Source: Phycisphaerae bacterium (lineage in GTDB: Bacteria > Planctomycetota > Phycisphaerae > UBA1845 > Fen-1342). Taken from it: a stretch of 64,000 bases of DNA. Below are positions 1-9,274 of this stretch, in pieces. The stretch covers positions 1-64,000 of the forward strand of contig CAXXWX010000021.1 of assembly GCA_963675745.2 (NCBI GenBank). The letters run 5' to 3'. The notes under the pieces are model-generated. The model saw nothing but the letters and a program-made list of their open reading frames with translations. It ran no database searches and was not told the origin of the DNA. Numbering within the stretch: position 1 is the stretch's first letter; every line of letters begins with the position of its first letter. Made by a program: the position numbers and the translations under genes.

Positions 1-111
1 GGCCCAAGCCCTGACCGCCTCCGCGACGCGTCGCGGAGGCGGTTGCTGCTGTAGTCGTTGCTGATGCCTTTTGCGGCAGTTGGACTGGACCCGCACAGGC
101 TTCAGCACGTT

Positions 112-2763
112 CTAACGTCGCACCACCCAGGTGCCCGCCAAACGGTCGTGCAGTCCGCGATGCGGGTGAATAGCGCCATAAACCGCGGCGGCAATCCACA
201 GGGGTACCGCCACGAGAGTCACGCCAAACGCGACACCCTGCGCCCGGTTGATCAACAGCGCCGCAAGCGACATGGGGAGAAGCACGGGAAGCCAGACTAT
301 CGCCCAGCGAGCCAGCAGGTGTGATGGCGTGGCCGGCTGTCCCTTGGCGTTGACCACCGCCAGCCGGAAGATGGAGTGACTCACCGTACCACGGAAGGGG
401 AGTCCGAGCAGCTGGACCAACGCCAGTGCGGCTAATACCGCCAAAGGGGAGATGACGACGATCTCGCCCAGATAGTCGCTCCACGGCTTGTCGTGATAGC
501 GCCCGACAAGGACCGCGATCCAGACGTAGAGCGGCAGCATGAAGATCGATCCCGCGCGGATGCCTCGGCCCACTTCGGCAGGTCTGTCCAAAAGGCCGCG
601 CAGTGTGCCGGCGAGGAAGCTGAGCTTCTCGAATTTCCCGCCCCCGAGATTCTGCATCACCGGCCGCGCATGAAGGGGCAGGCCGGTTGACTCCACATAG
701 GCCGCAACCTCGCTCAGAAAACGCTGTTGACCGGCAACGTCCTTGACGGGAATACGTTCGGTGGGCGGGCTCTCGGCGGGCCAGGGTTCATCGAGGAGGA
801 TGGCGCGGCCATCAGCGGAGATCCAAACATGCTCAAGGCTCAGCTCTGCGGGCAGCGTCTGATCACTCGTTGCCTCCCACAGTTCCAGCGCCAGGTCGTG
901 GAGCCAGTGGCGCAGCGTAGTCCACGGCACGCGTTGTCCCGCGCTGACCAGGCTGAGAAAGGGCACGCCGGGAGTGGCTTCGAACGCATCCCAGGTAAAC
1001 TCGCCCGCCTCCACCTTTTGCAGCCAGCGCAAACGGCCGGGCCGGGCGGCATTTCGTCTGGCAAGGGAGAGCTCCGCTGAATTCCGCCGCAACAACCAGA
1101 CCCGGCGTCGCAGCACGGGATCGATGGCGGCGATCCACTTTCCGGGCACCATCTCTTCGATAATCTGGTACGGCCCAAGTGAATCGGCGGCCTCGGCGGG
1201 AGTCTCCACTTCGCCCGCCGGTGCAATCGACGGTCGCACCGTCCCCCGCGGTTTGAAAACCACGCGTGTTCCGCTGACGAGATCCCAAGCGGTGGCGAAG
1301 CCGTTTTCAGGGCGTGCGACCAATGCCAGCAAGGCCGCGATCCAGGGGCAGACACAGGCTGCGACCACGTACAGTGCGGTTTGAAAGCCGGTCCAATTGG
1401 CGTCGGATATCAGCGCCAGCATGAGCGGCATGCGAACGCCTTCACAACAGAGAATCGGAATGAGAATGCGGAGCAGCGCTCGTCCGATGCCGGGCGGGCG
1501 GCCGCTCGCGCGGACCACGCGCAATCCCTTAAGCCACTTTCCGAGACCGGCCCCCCATATGCCCTCGACGATACTGAAATAGAGGAAGCCGACGCAGAAG
1601 AGTAGGATGTAGTATCTCGCCGAGTACAGAGTGCGTTCGACGAGGGGCCGCACAAGCAGTTCCTCGGCGCCGACCACGAACATCAAAATCACATACGCGG
1701 GCAGGAAAGCGATCAGGTAATCGATCCAGCCGGTGGACACGCGAACCAGCAATGACGCGGGCTCCGGTTCTCTGGAGCTGAAGGGCAACAGTGCGTTTCG
1801 CAGCACCGTGTAATCGGCGAAGCGCCCCTCCGGTTCCTTTGCCAGACATCGGGCGACCACCCGTTCGAGTCCGGGCGGTACACCTTGTCGCAGCTCGCCC
1901 AGCGGCAGTGGTTTCTGGTTGACGGCGTTGGCCACCACCTGCACCGCATTCTCACCCTCGAACGGAGCCCGGTCGGTCAGCAACGTGAACAGCGTTGCCC
2001 CGACCGAATAGATGTCGGCGCGCACGTCCAGGGCATCGCCGCGCAACTGCTCGGGCGCGGCGTAGGCAGGCGTGCCCATGATCTTGCCGTGAGCGGTGAC
2101 GAACGTATCGGTCTTGGCCAGCGTAGAGACCGAAAGTCCAAAGTCACCCACCTTCACCGATCCGTCCGGGCAGACGAAGCAGTTGGAGGGCTTGATGTCG
2201 CGGTGCAGCACGCCACCCGCGCAGGCCGATTCAAGGCCGGCGATAACATCCAGGATGGCGTCGACCGCCTCCGTCACCGGGAGCGGGCCGCGCTTCTTGA
2301 GGGTGTCCTTGAGGGTGCCGCCGCCGGCGATCTCCATTGTGATCACCGGCAGCCCCTCGATCTCCTCGCTGCCGAAAACGTAGAGGCTGTTCGGATGATT
2401 GACGCGCGCGGCGAGGCGGCCCTCGCGCAGGAACCGCTGGCGCATCTCCGGCGAGTCAAGCTGCAAACCGAGCACCTTCAGGGCCACACGGCGGCCGGTG
2501 GCGCGCTCTTCGGCCTCATAGACCACGCCCATTCCGCCGCGACCGAGCAACCCCAACAGCCGGTAGTCGCCGAACTCGCACGGGAATTTCGACGGCCCGT
2601 GCAGTGACAGCGGTCCGCCGGGTGCCATCGTGATGGTCTCGGTCCGGCCGCTGGCCGGCTCCAGGGCGCCCGACAGAAGACAGGCGGGGCAGAGCTCCTC
2701 AGTCGATGTCGCGGGAATCACCACGCCACAGTGCCGGCATCTGTCCGCTTCGGAAGCGTTCAT
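112..2763 (-). CDS. Membrane Ser/Thr protein kinase with N-terminal Cys motif, RDD domain, degenerate second kinase-like domain and second RDD-like segment
   Basis: Kinase motifs LGRGGMGVVY, VALK, HRDIKPSN, DFG and APE. RDD-like GLGKWLKGLRVV...WDLVSGTRVV and LHDRLAGTWVV. ATG at 2763 chosen because GGAGA precedes it. Confidence 0.9.
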   Translation of the reverse strand: MNASEADRCRHCGVVIPATSTEELCPACLLSGALEPASGRTETITMAPGGPLSLHGPSKFPCEFGDYRLLGLLGRGGMGVVYEAEERATGRRVALKVLGLQLDSPEMRQRFLREGRLAARVNHPNSLYVFGSEEIEGLPVITMEIAGGGTLKDTLKKRGPLPVTEAVDAILDVIAGLESACAGGVLHRDIKPSNCFVCPDGSVKVGDFGLSVSTLAKTDTFVTAHGKIMGTPAYAAPEQLRGDALDVRADIYSVGATLFTLLTDRAPFEGENAVQVVANAVNQKPLPLGELRQGVPPGLERVVARCLAKEPEGRFADYTVLRNALLPFSSREPEPASLLVRVSTGWIDYLIAFLPAYVILMFVVGAEELLVRPLVERTLYSARYYILLFCVGFLYFSIVEGIWGAGLGKWLKGLRVVRASGRPPGIGRALLRILIPILCCEGVRMPLMLALISDANWTGFQTALYVVAACVCPWIAALLALVARPENGFATAWDLVSGTRVVFKPRGTVRPSIAPAGEVETPAEAADSLGPYQIIEEMVPGKWIAAIDPVLRRRVWLLRRNSAELSLARRNAARPGRLRWLQKVEAGEFTWDAFEATPGVPFLSLVSAGQRVPWTTLRHWLHDLALELWEATSDQTLPAELSLEHVWISADGRAILLDEPWPAESPPTERIPVKDVAGQQRFLSEVAAYVESTGLPLHARPVMQNLGGGKFEKLSFLAGTLRGLLDRPAEVGRGIRAGSIFMLPLYVWIAVLVGRYHDKPWSDYLGEIVVISPLAVLAALALVQLLGLPFRGTVSHSIFRLAVVNAKGQPATPSHLLARWAIVWLPVLLPMSLAALLINRAQGVAFGVTLVAVPLWIAAAVYGAIHPHRGLHDRLAGTWVVRR

Positions 2764-2832
2764 GAATCCATCTCCCAATCTGGTCCATTCACCTCTTCCT
2801 GAAGCAAACAGGCCGGGAGGTTACAAAACAGC

Positions 2833-3567
2833 TCACCGCTTCCGCAAGATTGTGACCAGATAGCGCATTTCATCATCAAGGTCCGCTTCATCGCTGACCG
2901 TCTCGGCAATGGCGGCCCGCAGCAGCTTCCGGTAACGGCGCCGCAGGCGATGAATGGCGATCTTGACCGCGCCCTCGCTCATCTTCAGCCGCGCGGCGAT
3001 TTGCTCTCGGGGCGAATCTTCCTCTCCGGTGAGGCTGCCCTTGAGTGCGTCAAACTGCTCGATCCTGCCGGCGTGCAGCATCTCGGCGCGCAGGGCTTGC
3101 AGCGCTCCGGCAACTGTCTCCAGCGCCCACTCGCGGTCGAAGATGAGCTCCGGATCGTCTGTGTGCCTGGCTGCTCCGGCGTAGCGGGCCTCCGGGTCAA
3201 GCGCATCCCACTCGATGAGGCGCACGCCGCCGCCGCGCTTCTGCGCCTGGCCGCGATGCCACTCATTGGCCAGAAAGTGTTTGAGCGCGCCCAGCAGGTA
3301 GGAGCGGAATCGGCCGCGCTCGGGATCGGCCGACGCAAACCCACCGGTCTCCATTATTCTGGTGAAAAACGACTGGGTCAGGTCCTGGGCGTCGTCAGCG
3401 GAATAGCCGCGATAGCGCACGAAGGCATAGAGGGGATACCAATACGCGCGACAGAGCGCCTCGAGCGCATCACGGGCGCGGGTCTGGCCGGCCTCGTCGG
3501 GTGTGGCCGCGCGCACCAGGCTCCAATGCGTCGTGGCGAAGTCCTGGTGACCGAGCGGCTCCTTCAT
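2833..3567 (-). CDS. ECF-type sigma-70 factor (kinase-associated type)
   Basis: FATTHWSLV...ALEALCRAYWYPLYAFVR, DAQDLTQSFF, GRFRSYLL and a C-terminal HTH (IAARLKMSEGAVKIAIHRLRRRY). Directly upstream of the kinase. Start taken at ATG 3567. Confidence 0.88.
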   Translation of the reverse strand: MKEPLGHQDFATTHWSLVRAATPDEAGQTRARDALEALCRAYWYPLYAFVRYRGYSADDAQDLTQSFFTRIMETGGFASADPERGRFRSYLLGALKHFLANEWHRGQAQKRGGGVRLIEWDALDPEARYAGAARHTDDPELIFDREWALETVAGALQALRAEMLHAGRIEQFDALKGSLTGEEDSPREQIAARLKMSEGAVKIAIHRLRRRYRKLLRAAIAETVSDEADLDDEMRYLVTILRKR

Positions 3568-3737
3568 GCCACTATCGTACTCGCATGCTCCATCACTGCA
3601 TGTACGAAACGTGCGTGCGGTTGCCAAAAACAGCGACTTCGCCGCCGGTGGCCGCACGCTGCGGCCAGGCGGAGGGTGCTTGCACCCTCCGCCATGCACG
3701 TCCAATCGGTGGAGTTACTGCGGTTTCGTGTTGTGAT

Positions 3738-4226
3738 TTACGCGTTGCGGACTTTGATGCGCTTGGGTTTCGCGCCCGCGTGTTTGGCCAGCGCGACCGT
3801 GAGGACGCCGTCCTTGAACGTCGCATCCACCTTCTCGGGGTCGACCGTGCTTGGCAACTGTATCGATCGTTGGAAGCTGCCAAAGCTGCGTTCGGTGAAG
3901 TGGACGCTCTTCTTCTTTTCCTCTTTCTCTTCGCGCTTATCGCCGCGGATAGTGAGCACGCCACCCGTGATTCTGATATCGACGTCTTCCGGCTTTACGC
4001 CCGGAAGTTCGATCGTCACCGTCACCGCGTTCTCGGTATCAGCCAGATCGGTGCGGGGTGTGGCCAGTCCGGCCGGCGGCCAATCAAGGCCCGCGTTGCC
4101 CCACGGGTCGCGGAAGAACCGGTCAAAAAGCGTATCCATCTCGTGGCGGAACTGCACCAGCGCCTTCTCAGGCTCGGTGTTGCCGCCACGCTCCTCTCGT
4201 TTGCGTCGCCACGGAATAAGATTCAT
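3738..4226 (-). CDS. Hsp20/alpha-crystallin small heat shock protein
   Basis: ELPGVKPEDVDI, ERSFGSFQRSIQLP, ATFKDGVLTV and C-terminal I-x-V motif. Confidence 0.95.
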   Translation of the reverse strand: MNLIPWRRKREERGGNTEPEKALVQFRHEMDTLFDRFFRDPWGNAGLDWPPAGLATPRTDLADTENAVTVTIELPGVKPEDVDIRITGGVLTIRGDKREEKEEKKKSVHFTERSFGSFQRSIQLPSTVDPEKVDATFKDGVLTVALAKHAGAKPKRIKVRNA

Positions 4227-4276
4227 GGTTCACCTCCCATCACTCACGTACGGCGGAGATGACCAGTACGTGAGTC

Positions 4277-4681
4277 CTACTTGGTTTTGACACTGATCTT
4301 GCGCGGGACGGCCTGCTCAGTCTTTGGCAGGTGAAGTTTCAGCACACCGTCCTGCAGCTCCGCCTCGATTCTGGTCGAGTCAATGCCTTCACCAACCTGG
4401 AATGTGCGGTAGTAGTCGCCGACGCCGTACTCGCGCAGCAGGTAGTTACCCTGCTCGGCGTCCTGGCGCGATTGCACGCGCCCGTGTACGGCCAGCTCGC
4501 CGTGCTCATACCGGATGTCCAGGTCGTCGGCCTTTACGCCGGGCATGTCCGCCAGCAGCAGGAGCTGCTCGTCGTTTTCCAGGATGTCCACGGTCGGCAC
4601 GTAAGTGCGACCGGAACGCAGCCGCTCTGTGGGCTGGAGATCCTGTGTTTCCCGTTTCTCAATTGCGGTTTCGTCTGCCAT
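4277..4681 (-). CDS. Hsp20/alpha-crystallin small heat shock protein
   Basis: PTVDILE...ADMPGV, YYRTFQV, AELQDGVLKLHLPK, PRKISV. Confidence 0.93.
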   Translation of the reverse strand: MADETAIEKRETQDLQPTERLRSGRTYVPTVDILENDEQLLLLADMPGVKADDLDIRYEHGELAVHGRVQSRQDAEQGNYLLREYGVGDYYRTFQVGEGIDSTRIEAELQDGVLKLHLPKTEQAVPRKISVKTK

Positions 4682-4745
4682 CGGAACACCTCCGTTGACT
4701 AGCTTGCTACGTCGTTGATCTTTGCTTGCACGGCGACGGTTTCGC

Positions 4746-5183
4746 CTACGTCGCCAGCACCTTGATCTGCTTGGGTTTGGCGGCTTCCGCCTTGGGCAGC
4801 CAGAGCATCAGCACGCCGCTGTCGAGTACGGCCTCGACCTTGTCGGCGTTGACTTCGCAGGGCAGGGTGATGGAGCGTGTGAACTCACCAGCCGCGCGCT
4901 CGTGTCGATGGTAGGCCCAATCGCCCGCCACCGGTCCGCGCCGACCCTTGACCGTCAGCTCGTTGCCAACCGCGAGGATTTCGAGGTCGTCCTTGCTGAC
5001 GCCCGGCACCTCTGCCTCTACACAGAGCTTGTCGCCGGCGTCCCAGATGTTCATCGCCGGGTAGGCCGCAGCGCGTGCGTACGGCCGCCGTGACAGCCCT
5101 GTGCCGAAGGCGTCGAAGAGCCGGTCCATATCCCGTCGCAGCTCGTCGAAACGACTCGTCGGAAACATGACTTGACCAAACAC
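4746..5183 (-). CDS. Hsp20/alpha-crystallin small heat shock protein
   Basis: YPAMNIW, AEVPGV, ERAAGEFTRSITLP, GVLMLWLPKAE, PKQIKV. GTG start with GGAGG upstream. Confidence 0.93.
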   Translation of the reverse strand: MFGQVMFPTSRFDELRRDMDRLFDAFGTGLSRRPYARAAAYPAMNIWDAGDKLCVEAEVPGVSKDDLEILAVGNELTVKGRRGPVAGDWAYHRHERAAGEFTRSITLPCEVNADKVEAVLDSGVLMLWLPKAEAAKPKQIKVLAT

Positions 5184-5252
5184 TGTGGCACCTCCATTTC
5201 TGCATTGTTAGCCAGGCTCAACGTCCTGGCATTTGCCAATCGCCAGTCATTG

Positions 5253-5268
5253 AGCAACCAACGTGCCA
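5253..5268 (-). promoter_or_regulatory. Sigma-54 (-24/-12) promoter for the hsp20 genes
   Basis: Minus strand reads TGGCACG-TTGG-TTGCT, an exact match to TGGCACG-N4-TTGCW, about 70 bp upstream of the first hsp20. Confidence 0.7.
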
Positions 5269-5510
5269 GAGGCCCGGCGCCCGAGGGTCTGCCAGAAGTG
5301 CTTTAATAGCAATAGGTTACGCAGGCATTAGTATCGGAGTCTCCGCGCGTTGCTCTGTCATTTTGGCAGGATACACGTGCGCGCAACGGCACCATCATCC
5401 GCAAGACAACCTGAGCTACGACGGTCTGTCCGTTGGCGTTTTGCTTGCCTGTTTCTGATCGCCAATCGCGTCTGATGTTGCCGCAACCGGGGTTTTTTGA
5501 CACGTTCTTT

Positions 5511-5526
5511 TGGCACGCAGTATGAT
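5511..5526 (+). promoter_or_regulatory. Candidate sigma-54 promoter (GA variant at -12) for the ygfM-xdhD operon
   Basis: TTTTGGCACG-CAGT-ATGAT: perfect -24 box, GA instead of GC at -12, about 45 bp before the ATG at 5572. Confidence 0.4.
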
Positions 5527-5571
5527 TAAGGATGTCGCTCAAACTCGGTGGTGGTGAATAGAGACTCGTCC

Positions 5572-6396
5572 ATGATCAAGAAGTTCCACCGGCCCCAAAC
5601 GGTCGACGAAGCGGTCCGGCTCAAGGAAGAACTGGGAAATCAGGCCGTCTTTCTGGCCGGTGGGACAGAAGTCAATGCGAGCGGCTTTGCATTCGCCGGC
5701 GAACACGTCATTAGTCTCGCCGGGTTGGATCTGGGCGGGGTTGCCGTGGCGGGGGACGAGTTGGCCATCGGGGCTTTCTGCACCATTGCCGAGCTGATCG
5801 CCGCCGCGGGGATCCCGGACTGTCTGCGCGCGGCCGGCCTGAACGTGGTGAACCGGAACATCCGCAACATCGCCACCATCGGCGGGCATCTGGCCAACGG
5901 AAAATCCTGCGGCGATCTGATACCCGCGCTTACGGTCCTGGAGACTGTACTGGATGTCGCCCAGGCCGGTGCCACGCGCACCATTCCAGTACTGGAATAC
6001 CTCGCGCTGGAGAGCAAACCGCTCGTCACCCGGATCAGGATTCCGCTGGCAAACACCCGCCGGCAGATCGCGGTCGGTAACTACACGCGCACCGCCAGCG
6101 ACGTTTCGATTCTCACGGCGGCGGTCGCACTGACCAGGGACGGCGTGCGCATCCGTGATCCGATCGTCGCGATTGGTGGCGTGGCCCGTCATGTGGTCAG
6201 GTTGGGGGGCGTGGAGCGCGAGCTGCGCGATCAAGAGCTGCCCGCGCGCGAGAGTGTCGAGCAGTGGGTCACCGAGGAGGTTTCTCCGGTGTCCGACGTT
6301 CGTGGCAGCGCGGAGTTCAAGCGCTATCGGGCGGGCGTGCTCATCGCGACTACGGTTCAGCGGGCTTATCAAGGTGAAACGGAGGCTCCCCGTTGA
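5572..6396 (+). CDS. ygfM: FAD-binding subunit of a molybdenum hydroxylase (YgfM-like)
   Basis: FHRPQTVDEA, FLAGGTEVN, IRNIATIGG, SDVRGSAEFKR. Overlaps the start of xdhD as in the ygfM-xdhD arrangement. Confidence 0.8.
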   Translation: MIKKFHRPQTVDEAVRLKEELGNQAVFLAGGTEVNASGFAFAGEHVISLAGLDLGGVAVAGDELAIGAFCTIAELIAAAGIPDCLRAAGLNVVNRNIRNIATIGGHLANGKSCGDLIPALTVLETVLDVAQAGATRTIPVLEYLALESKPLVTRIRIPLANTRRQIAVGNYTRTASDVSILTAAVALTRDGVRIRDPIVAIGGVARHVVRLGGVERELRDQELPARESVEQWVTEEVSPVSDVRGSAEFKRYRAGVLIATTVQRAYQGETEAPR

Positions 6397-9257
6397 AGAT
6401 ATTCGTTCAACTCAATGGGGCGCCCCGCGAGTTCGAGACCGAGCCGGGAGAGAAGCTCCGCGACTTGCTTCAGCGCGAGGGGCTGATCTCCGCGCGGAAC
6501 GGCTGCGACGGCCAGGGATCGTGCGGCGCCTGTGCCGTGCTGCTCGACCGCAAGCTGGTGAACTCATGTCTGCTGCTGGCGCCACAGGTGGATGGCCGTG
6601 AACTCCACACAGTGGACTATCTCGCGAGCAACCGGGAGTTGTCCGCGCTGCAGTCGGCATTTGTCGATGCCGGCATAGTCCAGTGTGGCTACTGCACTCC
6701 CGCCATGCTGCTGGCGATTCACGAGCTGCTGACCGCGTGCGACCAACCGACGCGAGCGCAGATCCAGGATGCTCTGTCCGGCGTTTTCTGCCGCTGCACC
6801 GGCTACGAACAGGTATTCCTCGCCGTCGACCTGGCGCGGCGGCGGATGAAAGACCCGCAGTACCAGGGCAGCGTCGCGCCGGAGTTCCGCGACAACCTGC
6901 GCGTGGTCGGCAAGGCCAAACGCAAGGTCGACGGGGCGATGCTGGCTCGTGGCGAAGCAGCCTTTGTAGAGGATCGGGTCCCACCGGGGGCCTGCCACCT
7001 GAAGATGCTGCGCAGCCCACACGCCCACGCGTATATAACCAGCATTGACACGCGCGAGGCCGAGGCCATGCCGGGCGTGGTGCTGGTTCTGACGCACAAG
7101 AACTGTCCCCAGACCCACTACAACCAGGCCGGGCAGGGTTTCCCAGAACCCTCACCCTATGACCGTCAGATGTTTGGGGAGAAGGTCCGGCACGTCGGGG
7201 ATCGCGTGGCCGCGGTAGTGGCGGAGTCGCCCGAGATTGCCCAGGCCGCCATCGAGAAGATCAAGGTGGAGTATGAGCTTCTCGAACCGGTGTTGACGAT
7301 CGACGCGGCGGCGGCGGAGGGCGCTCCGTGCGTTCACGACAGCGCGCTGGAGTACGTCGTCGGCGCCCCGGCGGATCTCGACAACAGCGGGGCGAATCCG
7401 CGCGATGGAAGAATCATCTACCAGTTTCCAATCCACGCCGATCCGCGTCGGAACATCGCGGCGCGCGTCGACGGCGGCATCGGGGATATCGACCGGGGCT
7501 TTGCCGAAGCCGACGTGATCGTGGAGCGTGAGTACGAAACCGCGCAGGTGCAGTGCACGCCGGTCGAACCCCACGTGGTTTACACCCGGATGGAAGGCGG
7601 CCGTCTGGTGATCCACGCGTCAACCCAGGTGCCCTGGCACATCCGCCGCATCGTGGCGCTGGTGCTCGGCATCTCCGAAAACAAGATCCGCGTGATCAAG
7701 GAGCGCGTCGGGGGCGGCTTCGGGGCCAAGCAGGACATCGTGCTCGAAGAGGTCGCCGCCTATTGCACATGGATCACCGGTCGCGGCGTGTTCTTCCGGT
7801 TCGATCGTGAGGAAGAGTTCATTGCCGCCAGGACCCGCCATCCCGTGCGCGTGCGTGTCAAACTCGGGGCCAGGAAGGACGGTCAACTGACGTCCATTTT
7901 CATGGACCTCAAGGCCAACACCGGGCCGTACGGGGCGCATTGTCTGACGGTCCCCATGAACGCCTGTTCCAAATCGCTGCCGCTGTTCATGTGCGACAAC
8001 GTCAGGTTTGAGGTCACCACGTACTACTCCAACATCCCGCCGGCGGGGGCATACCAGGGATACGGCGCACCGCAGGGCTCATACGCTTTGCAGATGGCGG
8101 TTGCCGAGCTCGCCGGCGAACTGGGCATGGATCATCTCGAACTCATCGAGAAAAACCGCGTGCGCGAAGGCTCCATGCTCGAGATTCTCAAGTGCCTTGG
8201 GGAGGGGCGCGAAGGCACCGCTCAAGAGGTGTCAAGTTGCGGGCTCGGACCGGCCCTCGACAACGGCTCGAAGATGATCAACTGGGGACGGCGGGAGGAG
8301 AGCGGCGACCCTGATGTGCGCATCGGCAAGGGGGTGGCGATCGTTCAGCAGGGGTCCGGGTTGCCCGGCCTCGATTCGGCCAACGCCGCTATCACCATGC
8401 TGGGTGACGGCACGTTCATGCTGTTGAGCGGCGGGGCCGACCTGGGGACCGGCCTGGATACGGTTACGACGAAGATGGCGGCGGAGTGCCTCTGCACAAC
8501 CATGGGCGACATCGCGCTGATTGCCGCTGACACGGATGTGACCCCATTCGACAGCGGCGCCTACGCTTCCAGCGGAACCTACTTCTCAGGCGGCGCCGCG
8601 CTTAACGCCGCTTCGGCCATGAAAGACAAGATTCTGGCGCTGGCGGCGGAGATGCTGAATGAGCCGCCTGCCGACCTCCAGCTCGAATTCCGCTCGATGG
8701 TCAAGGGGCGGAAGGGTTCGGTGAGCTACCAGGACATCGCCCGTTACGCCGAGACCGGCACGGGGCACGGTCTGCCCAGCGCCACGGGTCGCTTCATCAC
8801 CGACAAGGCATCGTTCCCTTACGGGGCGCACTTCTGCCAGGTTGCCGTCAATACGCGCAGCGGCGACGTCAAGATTCAGAAGTACTACGCCTTGCAGGAT
8901 TGCGGCACGCCGGTAAACCCCGAACTGGCGATGGGACAGATTTACGGCGGAGTTCTGAAATCCATCGGGCATTCCCTGTGGGAAGAGATGATTTTCGACA
9001 AGGATGGACGCTGCCTGAACGCCAATCTGCTGGATTACAAGGTGCCGATGATCGGTGACCTGCCAGGGGATTTCCGTGTGGAGCTGGTCGACGTTGACGA
9101 TCCTTTCGGGCCATACGGCAGCAAATCCGTCGCCGAAATCAGTTGCAACGGAGCGGCGCCGGTGATCGCGGCGGCCATTCATGACGCGGTCGGCGTTTGG
9201 ATGCGCAAATGGCCGTTCACGCCGGAGAAGATTCTCAGGGAACTCGGTAAGCTCTAG
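6393..9257 (+). CDS. xdhD: Fused 2Fe-2S/molybdopterin-binding oxidoreductase, XdhD (YgfN)-like
   Basis: N-terminal CDGQGSCGAC, QCGYC and CRCTGY. Mo domain GGGFGAKQ, AYQGYGAPQ, YASSGT and GSKSVAE. 954-aa fusion. Confidence 0.85.
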   Translation: MKIFVQLNGAPREFETEPGEKLRDLLQREGLISARNGCDGQGSCGACAVLLDRKLVNSCLLLAPQVDGRELHTVDYLASNRELSALQSAFVDAGIVQCGYCTPAMLLAIHELLTACDQPTRAQIQDALSGVFCRCTGYEQVFLAVDLARRRMKDPQYQGSVAPEFRDNLRVVGKAKRKVDGAMLARGEAAFVEDRVPPGACHLKMLRSPHAHAYITSIDTREAEAMPGVVLVLTHKNCPQTHYNQAGQGFPEPSPYDRQMFGEKVRHVGDRVAAVVAESPEIAQAAIEKIKVEYELLEPVLTIDAAAAEGAPCVHDSALEYVVGAPADLDNSGANPRDGRIIYQFPIHADPRRNIAARVDGGIGDIDRGFAEADVIVEREYETAQVQCTPVEPHVVYTRMEGGRLVIHASTQVPWHIRRIVALVLGISENKIRVIKERVGGGFGAKQDIVLEEVAAYCTWITGRGVFFRFDREEEFIAARTRHPVRVRVKLGARKDGQLTSIFMDLKANTGPYGAHCLTVPMNACSKSLPLFMCDNVRFEVTTYYSNIPPAGAYQGYGAPQGSYALQMAVAELAGELGMDHLELIEKNRVREGSMLEILKCLGEGREGTAQEVSSCGLGPALDNGSKMINWGRREESGDPDVRIGKGVAIVQQGSGLPGLDSANAAITMLGDGTFMLLSGGADLGTGLDTVTTKMAAECLCTTMGDIALIAADTDVTPFDSGAYASSGTYFSGGAALNAASAMKDKILALAAEMLNEPPADLQLEFRSMVKGRKGSVSYQDIARYAETGTGHGLPSATGRFITDKASFPYGAHFCQVAVNTRSGDVKIQKYYALQDCGTPVNPELAMGQIYGGVLKSIGHSLWEEMIFDKDGRCLNANLLDYKVPMIGDLPGDFRVELVDVDDPFGPYGSKSVAEISCNGAAPVIAAAIHDAVGVWMRKWPFTPEKILRELGKL

Positions 9258-9274
9258 CAAAGGAGAAGGGGACC

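Noticed and set aside
2950..4290. 446-aa + strand ORF
   Set aside because: Antisense shadow of the ECF and hsp20 genes; no motifs.
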